Positions 12,009-23,940 of a stretch of DNA of 64,000 nucleotides are shown here, piece by piece. The stretch is from Felis catus (lineage: Eukaryota): positions 192,450,001-192,514,000 of the forward strand of contig NC_058368.1 of NCBI RefSeq assembly GCF_018350175.1. Reading direction: 5' to 3'. A program made the position numbers and the translations under genes. Under the pieces are notes generated by a model. The model searched no databases, was not told where the DNA came from, and saw only the letters and a list, made by a program, of their open reading frames with translations. Each line of letters starts with the position of its first letter. Position 1 is the stretch's first letter.

Positions 12009-12571
12009 TCATTTATGCTCATACAGTATCTGTTCTCATTCATCACTTTAAAGATGTTATTACATTGCCTCCTGGCTTTCATTAGTTCTGTTGAGAATCT
12101 GTCAATTTCATTATTGCTACCTTCAAGATATTCCCCTTATTTTTGTTTTTCAGCATTTACACCATAGTAGACCCTAGTTCAGTTTTCTCTTTATTTATTC
12201 TGCTTGGGGTTTAAAGTGATTCTTAAATCTGTGGCTTGATGTGTTTCAGCAGGTTTGGAAAATTACTGACCATCAAAACATATTGTTTTCAGTATCACTT
12301 CATTTCTCTTTGGGTCTCTCTTCTCCTTCTCCCTCCCTTCACTTCCTTCCATCTCCCTCCTTTTTTTTCCTACTCCTCTTTTTCTCCCACTCTCCTTTGG
12401 GACTTCAATTACACATATTTAGACATTTTCACCATGTTTTATATGACTCTCTTCTGTATTACATGTGCTGTAGTCTGGGTACTTTCTACTGACTTGTCTT
12501 TCAGTTCACTAATTTTATCTTCAGCTGTGCTAATATACTTTGCTGTTACATCCATCTTTTAAAAATAGACT

Positions 12572-12777
12572 TTTAAAAAATTTATTTATTTATTTTGAGA
12601 GTGAGAGAGAGAGGTGGGGGTAGAGGCAGAGAAGGGGTGAGACAGAGAATCCCAAGCAGGTTCCATTCTGTCAGTACAGAGCCCAATGCAGGGCTCAGTC
12701 CCATGAACCATGAAATCATAACCTGAGTCAAAATCAAGAGTCAGATGCTCAACTGACTGAGCCACCCAGACACCCCT
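12572..12777 (-). mobile_element. Can-SINE, older type
   Basis: gagaatcccaagcagg body; head ending gagccacccagacacccc; tccatct flanks. Confidence 0.9.
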
Positions 12778-12794
12778 CCATCTATTAGCTTCTT

Positions 12795-13023
12795 AAAAAA
12801 TTATTTTTAATGTTTATTTATTTTTGAGAGAGAGAGAGACACAGAGCCCCTTCCCACAATCAGGGAAGGGGCAGAGAGAGAGAGGGAGACACAGAATCCA
12901 AAGCAGGCTCCAGTCTCTGAGATGTTGGTACAGAGCGCAATGTGGGGCTTGAACTCACAAACTATGAGATCATGACCTGAGCCGAAGTCAGATGCTTAAC
13001 TGATTGAGCTACCCAGGCACCCC
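12795..13023 (-). mobile_element. Can-SINE
   Basis: Full length; flanked by gcttcttaa. Confidence 0.92.
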
Positions 13024-13757
13024 TTGGCTTCTTAATTTCAGTTACTGTATTTCAGGCTTAGAATTTTCATCTGATTTGCCTTGGTAGATTTCCTTGGTAG
13101 TTCTCTGCTGAAATTCTCCATCCTGTCAATTAATTTCTTGAATATGTAAGTCACATGTTTTAAAGTCCATGTCTTATAATGCCAACAGCTGAATCTTCTG
13201 TGGACCTATTTCTATTATCTACTTTTAGTCTTGGTTTTCAGCCATTTAGTCTTGCCTACTGAGATGTCAGGTGATTTTTTTATTGAATGCTAGATATTGT
13301 GTGTGAAAAAACTATAGGAAAACTTGAGACCCCAAATGGTATTATCTTCCTTCAGAGAATTTTTTACCTTTACTTTTGGCAAGTAAGAGTCTTGTAGGTC
13401 TTGTAAGGGGTTTAATTGATTATATGCTAGTCTTCAGTTTTGTGGAGCTAGTCTGTTTCTGATTCGCCTCTCTTCCTAGGGTAGAATCTTTGTGGGGTTC
13501 CATTTGAAAGCTTGGGGTGTTTATTAGGGACAATCCTACTTGGTGGACCCTGAAATCCATTTTTTTTATATCTCAGTTTCATAACACCTTCAGATTTTCA
13601 GTCTCTGCTTACCTTCTTAATCATCTTGAGAAATGGCATATGCCTTGAAGGACAAAGTAGCAGCTGAATATGGGCCTTACCTCCCTGCATTTCTCTTATC
13701 TCTGGAATCTTGAGCCCTCAGGTCCATGTTGCTTTGGTAACACTCTAATACCTTCAA

Positions 13758-13759
<2 letters not shown>

Positions 13760-13802
<43 letters not shown>
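13760..13802. repeat. (CA)n microsatellite
   Basis: Perfect run of about 21 units. Confidence 0.98.
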
Positions 13803-13803
<1 letters not shown>

Positions 13804-14199
13804 TTATTTTGTCCACCTCTTTTAACAATTCTCAGTGGGAAGGTTGGTCTTCAATAAGCTATTCCATTATTGTTGGAAATACAAAATGCTTGCTCATCTA
13901 ACATTTATGTTATATTTTTAAGTGGACAAAAACCATACCTTACCCCTCTCCATAGTGCCAGGGCCCCCTTGCTTTAAGTTCTTAATAGCACCATGGATAA
14001 CAGTTATATATTGCTTTTACTTACGTAATTTTAACCTGTACACAGAAAAGAAATGACCCTTCTATAGTCCAAGGTATTGGACCCAGAGAAGACTTGCCCA
14101 AAGGTTCCCTGATTAAGGTCTACTAAGAAGTGAGTGGCCTACCTGGGTCTTGAATACAGAACCAGAACAGTGCTTTCCCCCACTCTACCAGATTGTTCT

Positions 14200-14450
14200 G
14201 TAATGTGATGGTCAAGACCATCATGAGTTTGGGTGTCAAATAGACCAGAGTTTAAATCCTGGTTCTGCCACTTACCAACTGTCCGGCCTTGGCCAAGTTA
14301 CATGAACTCTTGGAGCTTTAGATTCCTCATATGGTAAAGTGGAGATGAATAGGAGCTACTCAAGAAAGTGCTACTGTGAAAATTAAAGTGAGCCAATGTG
14401 TATAAAGTACTTGGCAGGGTCACTGGGTCTGTAAATAGGAATTATTCTTT
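14200..14450 (+). mobile_element. MIR
   Basis: aaatcctggttctgccacttaccaactgt...cttggccaagttac...attaaagtgag...taaagtacttggca. Confidence 0.75.
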
Positions 14451-14814
14451 AGGGGGTGTCAGCATGATAAACAAGGTGCCTTAATTCTATGAGTTTCACG
14501 GGTAGTGCAGCAACCAATGATATCTCACCACTTTTCCCTCCCCAAGGGCTGGGGGCTTTACTCCCAGAGGAATCATGCAAAATACCCACCCCCAAGTCCT
14601 GCTGACAAGCTCAAACCCATGAAGGCTGGGGGGGGGGGGGGGCTGGGTAGTCTTCTTAGGTGTCTTCAGGACCTTATTGCCGGCTTCCCCCATGCTGAAG
14701 GCCTCCCTGAAGCCTGGTAGTCTGGGGTGGATGGAGAATCAGCAGTTCAGAAATCAGGGCAGCAGGGCTGAAAGACTCCAAATCTTTCTCTTCCACTAGT
14801 CCCCCAACAAGTCC

Positions 14815-15010
14815 CTATGGCAGAGCAGTTAAGAGCACAGAATCCAAAGAGAAACAGATTGGGTTCACATCTTAGCTTCGTCATTTCCTAACTTTGGGAT
14901 CTTATTCAAAGCCCTCAATTTTTCTGACTCAGTTTCCTCATCTGTATAATGGAGTTGATAATAGTACCTACTTACAGAACTATTTGAAAGATTAAATGTG
15001 GCACAATAAA
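14815..15010 (+). mobile_element. MIR
   Basis: ctcagtttcctcatctgtataatggagttgataatagtacctac core. Confidence 0.8.
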
Positions 15011-16962
15011 TAGCATCTCTTATTTTTTCTCCTTTTATTTTTCCTCCAGAATATACTAGTCAGAAGGAGATAGTATAGCTAGAACTGGAACCTGTGTCTT
15101 TAGACTCTCCCTTTCCCCACTTTGCCCACACCACCCCTAAAATTTTCCTGCTCTGGGGTTGAGGCAGTATTTCCCAACTTTTCCTATCACAGTACATAAT
15201 AGCATTTGGACATCCTCTGGACTATAATAATGAGGCTGCTTGAGGCCTGCAGGGGACTGTCTCATCAGATTTGGGGGCTCTGGCTCCAGAGCTTTGGAGC
15301 CAGGCTCCACCTGGCCACTTGAGAACTGAGGGCTCTGTATTTCAGCATACTTGTAACCTGTCACTGTCCCCCAGCTGAGAATCTTTCAGTTAAGATGTTG
15401 ACAGTCTCCAGTAAGAGCCAACATTGCACTGCCCAAAAGTGACACATTAACCCATTGTTGGTAAATCAGTCCTGGACCAGCTAATTCAGTCTACGGGTAG
15501 GAGTCCAGAGGCCAGAGCCCAGAGCATGGAGATTGGGAAGAAAATCAGGCGTTGGCTCCAGTCCAGGCTCTGCCTCAACTCATGTGACCTTGGGCAAGCC
15601 ATGACCCTTTTCTGGGCTTTACTTTTCTGTCTGAAGCAGAAAGGAATTAGACTAGAGGAAAAATCTACATGGTCCCTTTTGGCTCTGACATTCTAAGAAT
15701 CAGGGATTCTATGAATTCCCCATCACTCAGCAGTATTCTGTTCCTGGTGACCTAGTTCCTGTCTCTGGTTCAGATTAGTGTAGCAAATAGTACTCTCTCT
15801 GACTGTGCAGGTGCTCCCAGCTTTCCCCACATGTTACAGGCTGGTCTCTGAAATTAACCCCTGCCTGGCCCTGACAGAGGGCAGAGCCACACCTACCCGG
15901 TGCCCCCATCAACGGAACTCCTCTGAGTCCCGTGCATGTTCAGCTTCCCCCTGCCCGCTAGCTCAGCCTCCGGGAGCATTCCTAGTGTCCCAAATCATCT
16001 CTTCTCCCCACAGCTCCCAGGGCTTGCACTACCATCTGGGCTCATGGAGAAGGCAGGGAAGACCAGCAGCAGAAGCACAACAGCCTCCCTGTAAGAGGAG
16101 GTAGGGATGCTAGGGAAAGGAAGAGTGTGGGGAGGCTAGAGGCAGATCCTCCGAGGAATCTGGGGTACAATACTCTGGAGGCTGGACTTGGACTGGTGTA
16201 CAGGGAAGGGACACCATGGGCCTTGAAGCAGAATAAGGACATGGCCAAAACTTAAGGTCACAATGTGTTTGGGCTCCATGGAAGGCAGACTGGAGCAGAG
16301 AGAGAGAGAGAGAGAGAGAGAGCCTGGGGGCTGTTAGAGAACGCAGGCCAGAGATCATGACATGGCAGTAGGGAGAGCAAAGAGGAGGAATTAAGGGGGT
16401 GAGTTGGCAGACTGGGTGCCCGGTTGGTTGTTCCACCACAAATCTAACTGTATCGTGGGCTGGGTGACTGGAGTTACACTGTCATGGGCCCGAGGGACTA
16501 TCTGCTTTGTTGGTATGGGAAACAAGACCTCAAGGAAGAGTTGAGAAAAGGGTCTCAGGCTTAGAGACAAATATATTAAAATCTCTTCAATAGTTCTTTA
16601 TGCTTCTTAAAATGTTTTCTCACTTGGTCCTCCCAACACTTGTCTGTTTTGTAGATGGGAAGCTTAAGATCGTGGCACAATTAGAACCTCCAACTCAGAT
16701 CTCCTAATCGTTGGCCCCGCACTTGGCCAGAGAAGATGTCTTTCCTGAACTGATGGGCAGGCAGAGGTGGTGGGAAGTTTGCCTCCGCCCAGCTGCTTCC
16801 CATTGCCTCCCCTGGGCTCCGCAGCCCCAAGCCTGCCTCCAGCACCTTCACACCCCCACTTGGGCTTTCTTTAATGTCCTATGAAGAGGTGGGTGGGGCC
16901 AAGTGCAGGTTCTCAACATTCAGACACAAACAGGCGATCCCTTATTTACAAAGGAAACTTAC

Positions 16963-17019
16963 ATGAATCGCTAACGTGAACTCAAATAAAAAAGAACCTG
17001 CTGAGGCTGAAGCAGAGGT
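16963..17019 (-). other. Candidate short 5'-UTR or alternative first exon of the minus-strand gene
   Basis: Consensus donor CAT|GTAAGT (intron from 16962) in unique sequence; upstream boundary uncertain (AG candidates before 17006 or 17019). Confidence 0.4.
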
Positions 17020-17129
17020 CTTAACTGCTCCCACCATCTGGCAACCTCCGTGACACTTTCAGAATCCCCAGGGTTCCATGGCCCAGAGTTTGTAAACCAC
17101 AGGACTGGAGAACTCCTACTTGAACATCC

Positions 17130-17625
17130 TAGAGTGAGGAATTCTCCGCCTGGGTCCACAAATAGAATTCTGGGGTCTCTGAACTTAAAAAATGAAAAAT
17201 TCCGTATTCATTTTCACTAACCTCTAACTCAAGTTAAACGCTTTATTCCATTACAAATGTCGACAGTGACTAGAGTAATATTGACAGTTCCTGTGACCAT
17301 GTCACTAAGAGAAATCAGATATTTTCCTATCACATTATAGTTGTCATAGATCTCACAAACTATCATTTATGCTCATCATTACTTTAAAATGACAATAGTT
17401 ATTCTATCTGCTGCCAGATCTCATTTGTAAGTTAATAAAGAAGTATACATTATTATGCCATACAATTAAAAAAAATACCTTGATAACCATATTTCAATAT
17501 GATTCGTTTTCTTTACAGTCCTGAGTATTTTCTTTAACGCATTTAAAAACATCGTGAAAAAGGGGTCCTTCAGACTTCACAGATTGCCAGAGGAGTCCAT
17601 GGCATCAGTAGGTTAAGAGCCCCTG
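17130..17625. mobile_element. hAT-Charlie element (Charlie4a-like)
   Basis: Left cctgggtccac, AT-rich interior, right aaggggtcc..agacttcac..gccagaggagtccatggca..ggttaagagcccctg. Confidence 0.75.
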
Positions 17626-18970
17626 TCCTGGGACTTCTCTTTCAGAATGGAGGGGGCTGGGGAGCTTGATGAAGGCTGCCAAAAGAGGGCATGTAGGACC
17701 TAGGATCTCCGGAGGCCTTGTGCTCCGATGTGCACACTCTGAGCCTGAGGAAAATGAGACAGGAAATTGGGGCAGGAGCAAAGGGACTCTGAGAAGTGGA
17801 GCAGAAGCCAACAGGCCAGGCTGGCAGGACTCGGTCTAGTGGGACAAAACTGAATTCCTCAGCCCCAGTCCCAGCCAGGCTTCTGGGGGAGCCAGGACTT
17901 GTGGGCCCTCGTCTTGTTTCTCATTTCTCTGCCCAGTCTCTGTTTTCTTCTCTGAGCTACTATAGTGGAAGCAACAGTGGCCTTGAGGGGAAGAGCGACC
18001 CTGCTTCTGGATCTGACTCTTCCTTGCCTTGCTGAGGGACTCTGGGCAGGTCACCTCCCTTCCCCAGGTATGAGTGCTGGCGTAAGTCCTGCCATGCCCA
18101 CAGTAGACATTGCTGATAGGTATCAGCGTGCGATCATTCCATGCAGCTTCAGAAGCCTTTTCGACACTCTACTGATCAATTGGAATTAGCAAATGAAGTG
18201 AAGCATATTTGCTATTATTGGACAAGATGATCTACACATTTCTATCTGTACTAGTCTGTGCCTCTAAAGATTTAATCCCAGGAACCCAAGTAAGACCCTA
18301 GATAGACGTGCAGACACCTAAAGCATGACTATTTCTCACTCATAGGCCTGTGTGTGTGTGTGTGTGTGTAACAGACAAAGATGGGCTGTGGATTTTCTCT
18401 TATGCACTCTATAGCAAAAATGGGGTCAGAATAGGACACTTGGATGGTGAAATCTCAGTCAGACTTCCTGGAAGAGATGAGCAGAGGCACATGGAAGTCA
18501 AACTCTGAGCAGTGTCGGGAATGGGCGTCACTCCAGGATCAGTACCGCCAGGCCCTACCTGTCCCCAAATGTCTCGTGTCACAAAATTAAGATCAGACAT
18601 GTAGTGCAGCCGAGTGATGGTGACAAAGAGTGAACACCACCCACAGCTCCTAGTGTAATTTACGTGGACTCATGCACACAGCCAGGTGGGCAAGATGTCG
18701 ATATGCTGGAGACTTGTGGCTTCTCTCCCAAACAGCACAGAAAGCCACTTAGAAAGTTATTTCAGAGTGTTAACTATCCCAGGTTACAGCTAAAGCCTAG
18801 ACAAATGTTACAGCTTACTTAAGGTCATAGCCAGTTCAAGTGTTAGGACTGGGGCCCAGGTCTCTCCAGGCCTGTGGGGCCGGGCTGGTATCATAAATGA
18901 GACAGTGGGTTGGGTAGATGGGGATTGCAGCAAGCCAGAGGTCACATGTTCTATTGAAAGGCAGCAGCTG

Positions 18971-19203
18971 TGGGCGCCTGGGTGGCGCAGTCGGTTAAGT
19001 GTCCGACTTCAGCCAGGTCACAATCTCGCAGTCCGTGGGTTCGAGCCCCACATCGGGCTCTGGGCTGATGGCTCAGAGCCTGGAGCCTGTTTCCGATTCT
19101 GTGTCTCCCTCTCTCTCTGCCCCTCCCCCGTTCATGCTCTGTCTCTCTCTGTCCCAAAAATAAATAAAAAACGTTGAAAAAAAAATTAAAAAAAAAAAAA
19201 AAA
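18971..19203 (+). mobile_element. Young Can-SINE
   Basis: Perfect TSD GAAAGGCAGCAGCTG at 18956-18970 and 19204-19218; long A-tail. Confidence 0.97.
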
Positions 19204-19284
19204 GAAAGGCAGCAGCTGATAATCAGTTTAAGTTGATTGTTGGCATGGAAGGGTGTGGATCTATAGTGCCACATTCTCCTGATT

Positions 19285-19520
19285 TCTTTTTTTTTTCTTT
19301 TTTTTTTTTTTTTTAACATTTTTATTCATGTTTGAGAGACAGAGAGAGACAGGGCATGAGCGGGGAAGGGGCAGAGAGAGGGAGACACAGAATCTGAAAC
19401 AGGCTCCAGGCTCTGAGCTGTCAGCACAGAGCCCGATGTAGGACTTGAACTCACGGACTGTGAGATCCCCTGACCTGAGCTGAAGTCGGATGCTCAACCG
19501 ACTGAGCCACCCAGGAGCCC
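19285..19520 (-). mobile_element. Can-SINE
   Basis: TSD CACATTC(T/C)CCTGATT. Confidence 0.95.
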
Positions 19521-19621
19521 CACATTCCCCTGATTACTAAAGAGAAGTCAGAATCGAGATTTTGATATTAAATAGCCCCATTTTCACATGTGGTCATCTA
19601 AATTTTAAAAAGGCTAAAACA

Positions 19622-19780
19622 GGGGGCGCCTGGGTGGCTCAGTCGGTTAAGCATCCGACTTCAGGTCAGGTCATGATCTCCTGGTATGTGAGTTCAAGCC
19701 CCACGTCGGACTCTGTGCTGACAGCTTGGAGCCTGGAGCCTGCTTCAGACTCTGTCTCCCTCTCTCTTTGCCCCTCCCCT

Positions 19781-19827
<47 letters not shown>

Positions 19828-19852
19828 AATAAACAAACATTAAAAAAAATTA
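19622..19852 (+). mobile_element. Can-SINE with expanded (CT)n
   Basis: Head, about 20 CT units, tail; ggctaaaaca flanks. Confidence 0.95.
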
Positions 19853-19934
19853 AAGGGCTAAAACAAAATAAAACACTGTGTAGACCAAACAAATTGGATC
19901 TGGGGACGTTAGTATTTGGCCTGATTTGCACCTC

Positions 19935-20160
19935 TGGGTGGGACAGGCTCTAGATTTAGCTGTACACAGACCTGAATCACGGTTCTGCCATTTGTTAGCT
20001 GAGCAATCTTATGCAAGATGTGTAGCCTCCCTGAGTCTTGGTGCTTTCTTCTGTAAAATGGGAATACTAAAGTGGAACACCGTGAGGATTAAATGAGGTA
20101 ATGAATTTTAAACACTTAGCACAATCATTCGACCAGAGTAGGTGCTCAGTAGATGTAGCT
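19935..20160 (+). mobile_element. MIR
   Basis: ctgtaaaatgggaata...gtgaggattaaatgag...cacttagcaca...taggtgctcagta. Confidence 0.75.
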
Positions 20161-22139
20161 CCTCTACCAAAGTGCCTCTAAGCTTCATGGTGATGGATCA
20201 GATGGACCCCCAACCCCAAAGCACCCAGTCTATCCACCTCAGACTTATTTTCCTGCAAGGTCATGGTGCTCAGTGTCCATGCAACTAACAAGACACCCAA
20301 GGCTCTCAAACGTGCTCACACACAATCTGCATTCACCCTCAGGAGGATTTTGAGATGGATGCCAAGATTGGTTACCAAGGAAAGATGTTTAGGAGGCTTC
20401 CCTGGGGTGCAGCTACAACCTTCTAGTGTTGTTGAGAAGAGAGGCCTGCCCAGTGCAGGGGACTGGCTAATGAAACCTGATGGGGGCCTTCATAGCCTTA
20501 GAATTTTTCACCTTGAATTTTGTTAGCTCGTGTGTACAAATAGGCACACACATACACACTGTCACACACCATCTGTCCCGAGCCTGGGCCAGAGTGGCTG
20601 CTTTTCCTGCTCCTGGGAAGCTTCTATTCTCTCATTCTCCTGCAGGCTCACTGGGAGGGGAGGTACTGTCACAACCCTTGAACCAGCATTCCCTGAGCCG
20701 GATTTGCTCAGCAGGGAGCCTCGGGAGATGGACAGGGCAAAAGAAGTTCAAATGACCGAACAGGAGGGGCTTGATCCCTTGACTGGGCCCCCGAAGCAAG
20801 GAACAACAACACCCCCCACCCCCACCCCTGCACTCAGGGGCATGGACTGGTTCCAAAGACCCGCTGCTCCTCCGGCATCCTCAGGAGTTTCCTGCTGCCC
20901 CGGATGATGGCAGGGCTGGGAGGGGTTCCATTTTACGGATGGGGAGACAGACCCAAATGTCTTGCACTGAATCCGTTTATTCAGTCCTCTCTAAGGATCG
21001 GGAGCCCTCCCGACCTGGGACTCTAAGGGAACAAGTATGTGGGTTCTGAGTCCCTGTTGTAAGCTGCACCCCAACTTACCACCACCACCACTACCACTTA
21101 GCCAGCCAACTCTTTTGATTTTTCTCCACTCCCACCTCATTCTAGAATTTAGAAGACACTGAGGTAGAGAAAAGTGACTTACACCCAAGGTCACCAGTAG
21201 GTGTTAAAGTCTGAATGTGAACACAAGATCGTCTGACTCCGAAGCGTGTGCTCCAACCACCTATTAGACTGCCTCATACATGAGGGCCACATTCCCGGCC
21301 TGGGTTTCAGTTCCAGGAGTCATTAGAAAATACCATGACTCAGTGAGCTGTTTCCACCTGCTTTTTGTTTATATGAGTCTGTATTTCAAAAAGTCCCAAT
21401 AAATGGGATTGTAAAAAAAAGTAAAAGAACTTAACAAGCAACCATAATCCATCACACTCAGAATAATTCTCTATCACGCAGGTCACATTTTATAAAACAT
21501 CCATTACTCTGTTTCGTCAATTCTAAAATGCATGTCTGTGGGGGTTTTTTCGGTTTTTGAATTTGGGATGCATTTAAAACTCGGTGGACTCTGAGCTTCC
21601 AGGATATACACTATTTTATTTGGCCCTAGGAATCATCCTGATAGGCAAGCATTGTCAAGATTACAATCCCCATTTTACAGCTGGGAAAACGGAGGTTCAA
21701 AGGGGTTAGGCAACTTGCCTGAGGTTACAGAGCTAGTCAATGCAGATTAGCCCTGTGCCCTGATTCCCAGCACAAGCTGTGTCCACCCTATGCTCCTGGT
21801 CTCCAGGCTCTGTGCTCACACCTGCCTGTTTCCATCACCCCCCTGGCCGACCCCTAGCAGAGGCCTGAGAGACACCTCAGCTCTCCCAGGGTTGTCCAGC
21901 CTGTCAGAGGGGGAATGAACCCAGTGTGGGGTCTCCTAGGAGTGGTCCAACCCCAAATAGGAAGTTTGCAGGCCCATTTTCAACAATGGATCTCATGTAT
22001 TGTAGAGGCCAGAGCCGGGCTTGGGGTGTGATGGCAGTGTTTCTGCCTGGTGCCCTCATAAACCACGCAAGCCAGATCCCACCTAAGGCTCCCCATTCTC
22101 TGAAAATTGCCCTATTTCTCATATTTCAAAAGGCCAAAT

Positions 22140-22375
22140 GGAAAGCAAACATTGACTCTAGATAAGCTCGCACAGGCAGACCAAAACACCACATTTCTTT
22201 GCTTTTGGTTTAACTTATATCAGCTCAATGGTATCACCGCGGTTTGTTTCTGCTGACCAGAAAACACTGATTGGCTATTACACGGTCCCAATTAACAAAG
22301 AAGGGGAAAAACAATTAATGACATTATGTAACAGGTACAGCCTGGCAGACAAAAATCTTGCAAAACAATGGGTGT
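22140..22375. promoter_or_regulatory. Candidate enhancer (motif-dense unique sequence)
   Basis: FOX-like AAGCAAACA 22143, GATA 22160, inverted CCAAT 22270, SOX AACAAAG 22294, AACAAT 22310, AACAATGG 22364, D-box ATTATGTAAC 22323. Confidence 0.4.
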
Positions 22376-22597
22376 AAGGGGGGTGGGAATAAGAAAAGGA
22401 GAAAGCTGACATGGAGATCTGAGCTCCACATTTTCCCAGATGGGGAACATGAGGCTCAGAAAGCTGGAGTGACTTGCTCAAGGTCACACAGCAGGGCTGG
22501 AACCAGCACCCGAGGTTTCCGCCCCTCAGGTGGGAGCATTTTCCTACCAGGCCCTGCTCTGTTGAGGTTCGAGAAACCCAGACCAGTCAGGACTCAC

Positions 22598-23125
22598 CAG
22601 GGTTTGTCGAAGGGGGTCAGGACAGGGAAATGGCTTCTCCCTCACACCTCTGGGCTCCTTCCTGCCGAGCAGTTGCCAAAGGCCACGCTGTCTTTCCTCC
22701 CTGGGCGTCTGCCAGGGCAGCTAGGCATGGGAGCCTTCTGGAAAGCCAGCTCTGGGCCAGGCGAAGGAGGCGTCTCTGAAGAAAGCACTCTCCCGGACAT
22801 GAAACGACCAGGCCCTGGGGTCACAGAGTGGCCATGGAGGGCTTAAGTACACCTAAATGGCACAGCTGCCTCTGGCCCCCAGCAGGGAGCTCTCCAGGTG
22901 GCATGGCTGGTTTCCCTGCCAGCTGCTGGGTGCCTTTAAGAGAATAATTGCCGTTCATTGGCTGAGCGAGGCTCCCCCTACCTCTTTACCTGAGCAGGTG
23001 AGAGAAGCCAGGCTAGGGGAGGGCTGGGGACTCAGGTGAGAAAACAAACCGTGGTGACCAGCTGGCTCTCCCTTCTTCCACAGCGCTTCCTTCCCGGGCT
23101 TCCTTCCTTATCCCCGCCCCAACCC
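22598..23125 (-). promoter_or_regulatory. Candidate alternative promoter and first exon, minus strand
   Basis: Read on minus: GC box (23112-23120), AGCCAATGA (CCAAT 22957-22961), TATA-like CTTAAAGG (22933-22940), then donor CTG|GTGAGT at 22597; three CAGCTG E-boxes. Confidence 0.35.
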
Positions 23126-23559
23126 CAGGACCGGCTGGAGGTAAAGACCGGATAAACGTTCTGCAAAGTGTCTAGGGCCATTCAGTCCACAAAGCTTCAC
23201 TATCTCACGGTAGCCCTAGACCAGAGTTATTTGTAGGTCTTCTCTTTTGATGGAGAAACTGTCTTTGGAGGGATGAAATGGCTTGTTCAGCTCACACGGC
23301 TCTTGGAAGGAATGTTGACAGGGGAGGATGGTATGAGGACCCAAACCTGAGTCTGTTGCTTTTGACTTTCCATACAGTGCCTCTGGACCACACCACCCTC
23401 TTCTCTGTGAGGCCTTTGGCAAGCCACTCACTGTCTCAGTTTCCACATCTGTAAGACGGTACAGTCATGCTTGTATGTTGTCTACACTCAATATATTGAG
23501 TGTATATTAGAGCTAAAAAGGACTTGGGAGATTATCTAGCTCATCCATTCATATAGCAG

Positions 23560-23940
23560 GCATTCATTCCTATTATGTGCCAGGCCTGTTTTAGATCCTA
23601 GGGATACACCAGTGAACAAGAAAGTCAAGGGGCTTATTGGGTTTGCATTCTAGAAGAGGAAAGATAGACATAAACCAGTAAACAGATTAGATAGGTAAAA
23701 GTACCATGAAGAAATAAAATAGGCTGATATGATAAAGTAATGGAGGGGTATTTTAGATTATCTAGTCAGCAAGGCCCTCTCTGAGGAGGTGATATTGAAG
23801 CTGAGACTTGAATAATAACAAGGAACCAGTCATTAGAAGGCTGGAGCAAGAGTATTCTAGGCATTGGGAGCTGCAAGTGCAAAGGCCCTGAGGCAGGTGT
23901 ATTAGGAGAAGAGAAAGACGCTGCCATGGCTAGAGTATAG
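23560..23940 (-). mobile_element. L2 fragment
   Basis: cattcattc..tatgtgccagg..gggatacaccagtgaacaaga..gaaggcc-like..gaggaggtgatatt..tgcaaaggccctgaggcagg. Confidence 0.75.

Larger units (their letters stand above)
12030..13720 (-). mobile_element. Degraded L1 5'/ORF1 region with two nested SINEs
   Basis: Minus-strand translation MKARRQCNNIFKVM resembles the L1 ORF1p C-terminal ARR.W..IF.. motif; T-rich antisense L1 composition. Confidence 0.75.

Noticed and set aside
11762..12082. 106-aa minus ORF starting MKARRQCNNIFKV
   Set aside because: Only the first residues match an L1 ORF1 remnant; the rest reads through MER5/MLT1 sequence
13985..14005. RE1/REST-like AATAGCACCATGGATAACAGT
   Set aside because: Too many mismatches at key positions of TTCAGCACCACGGACAGCGCC
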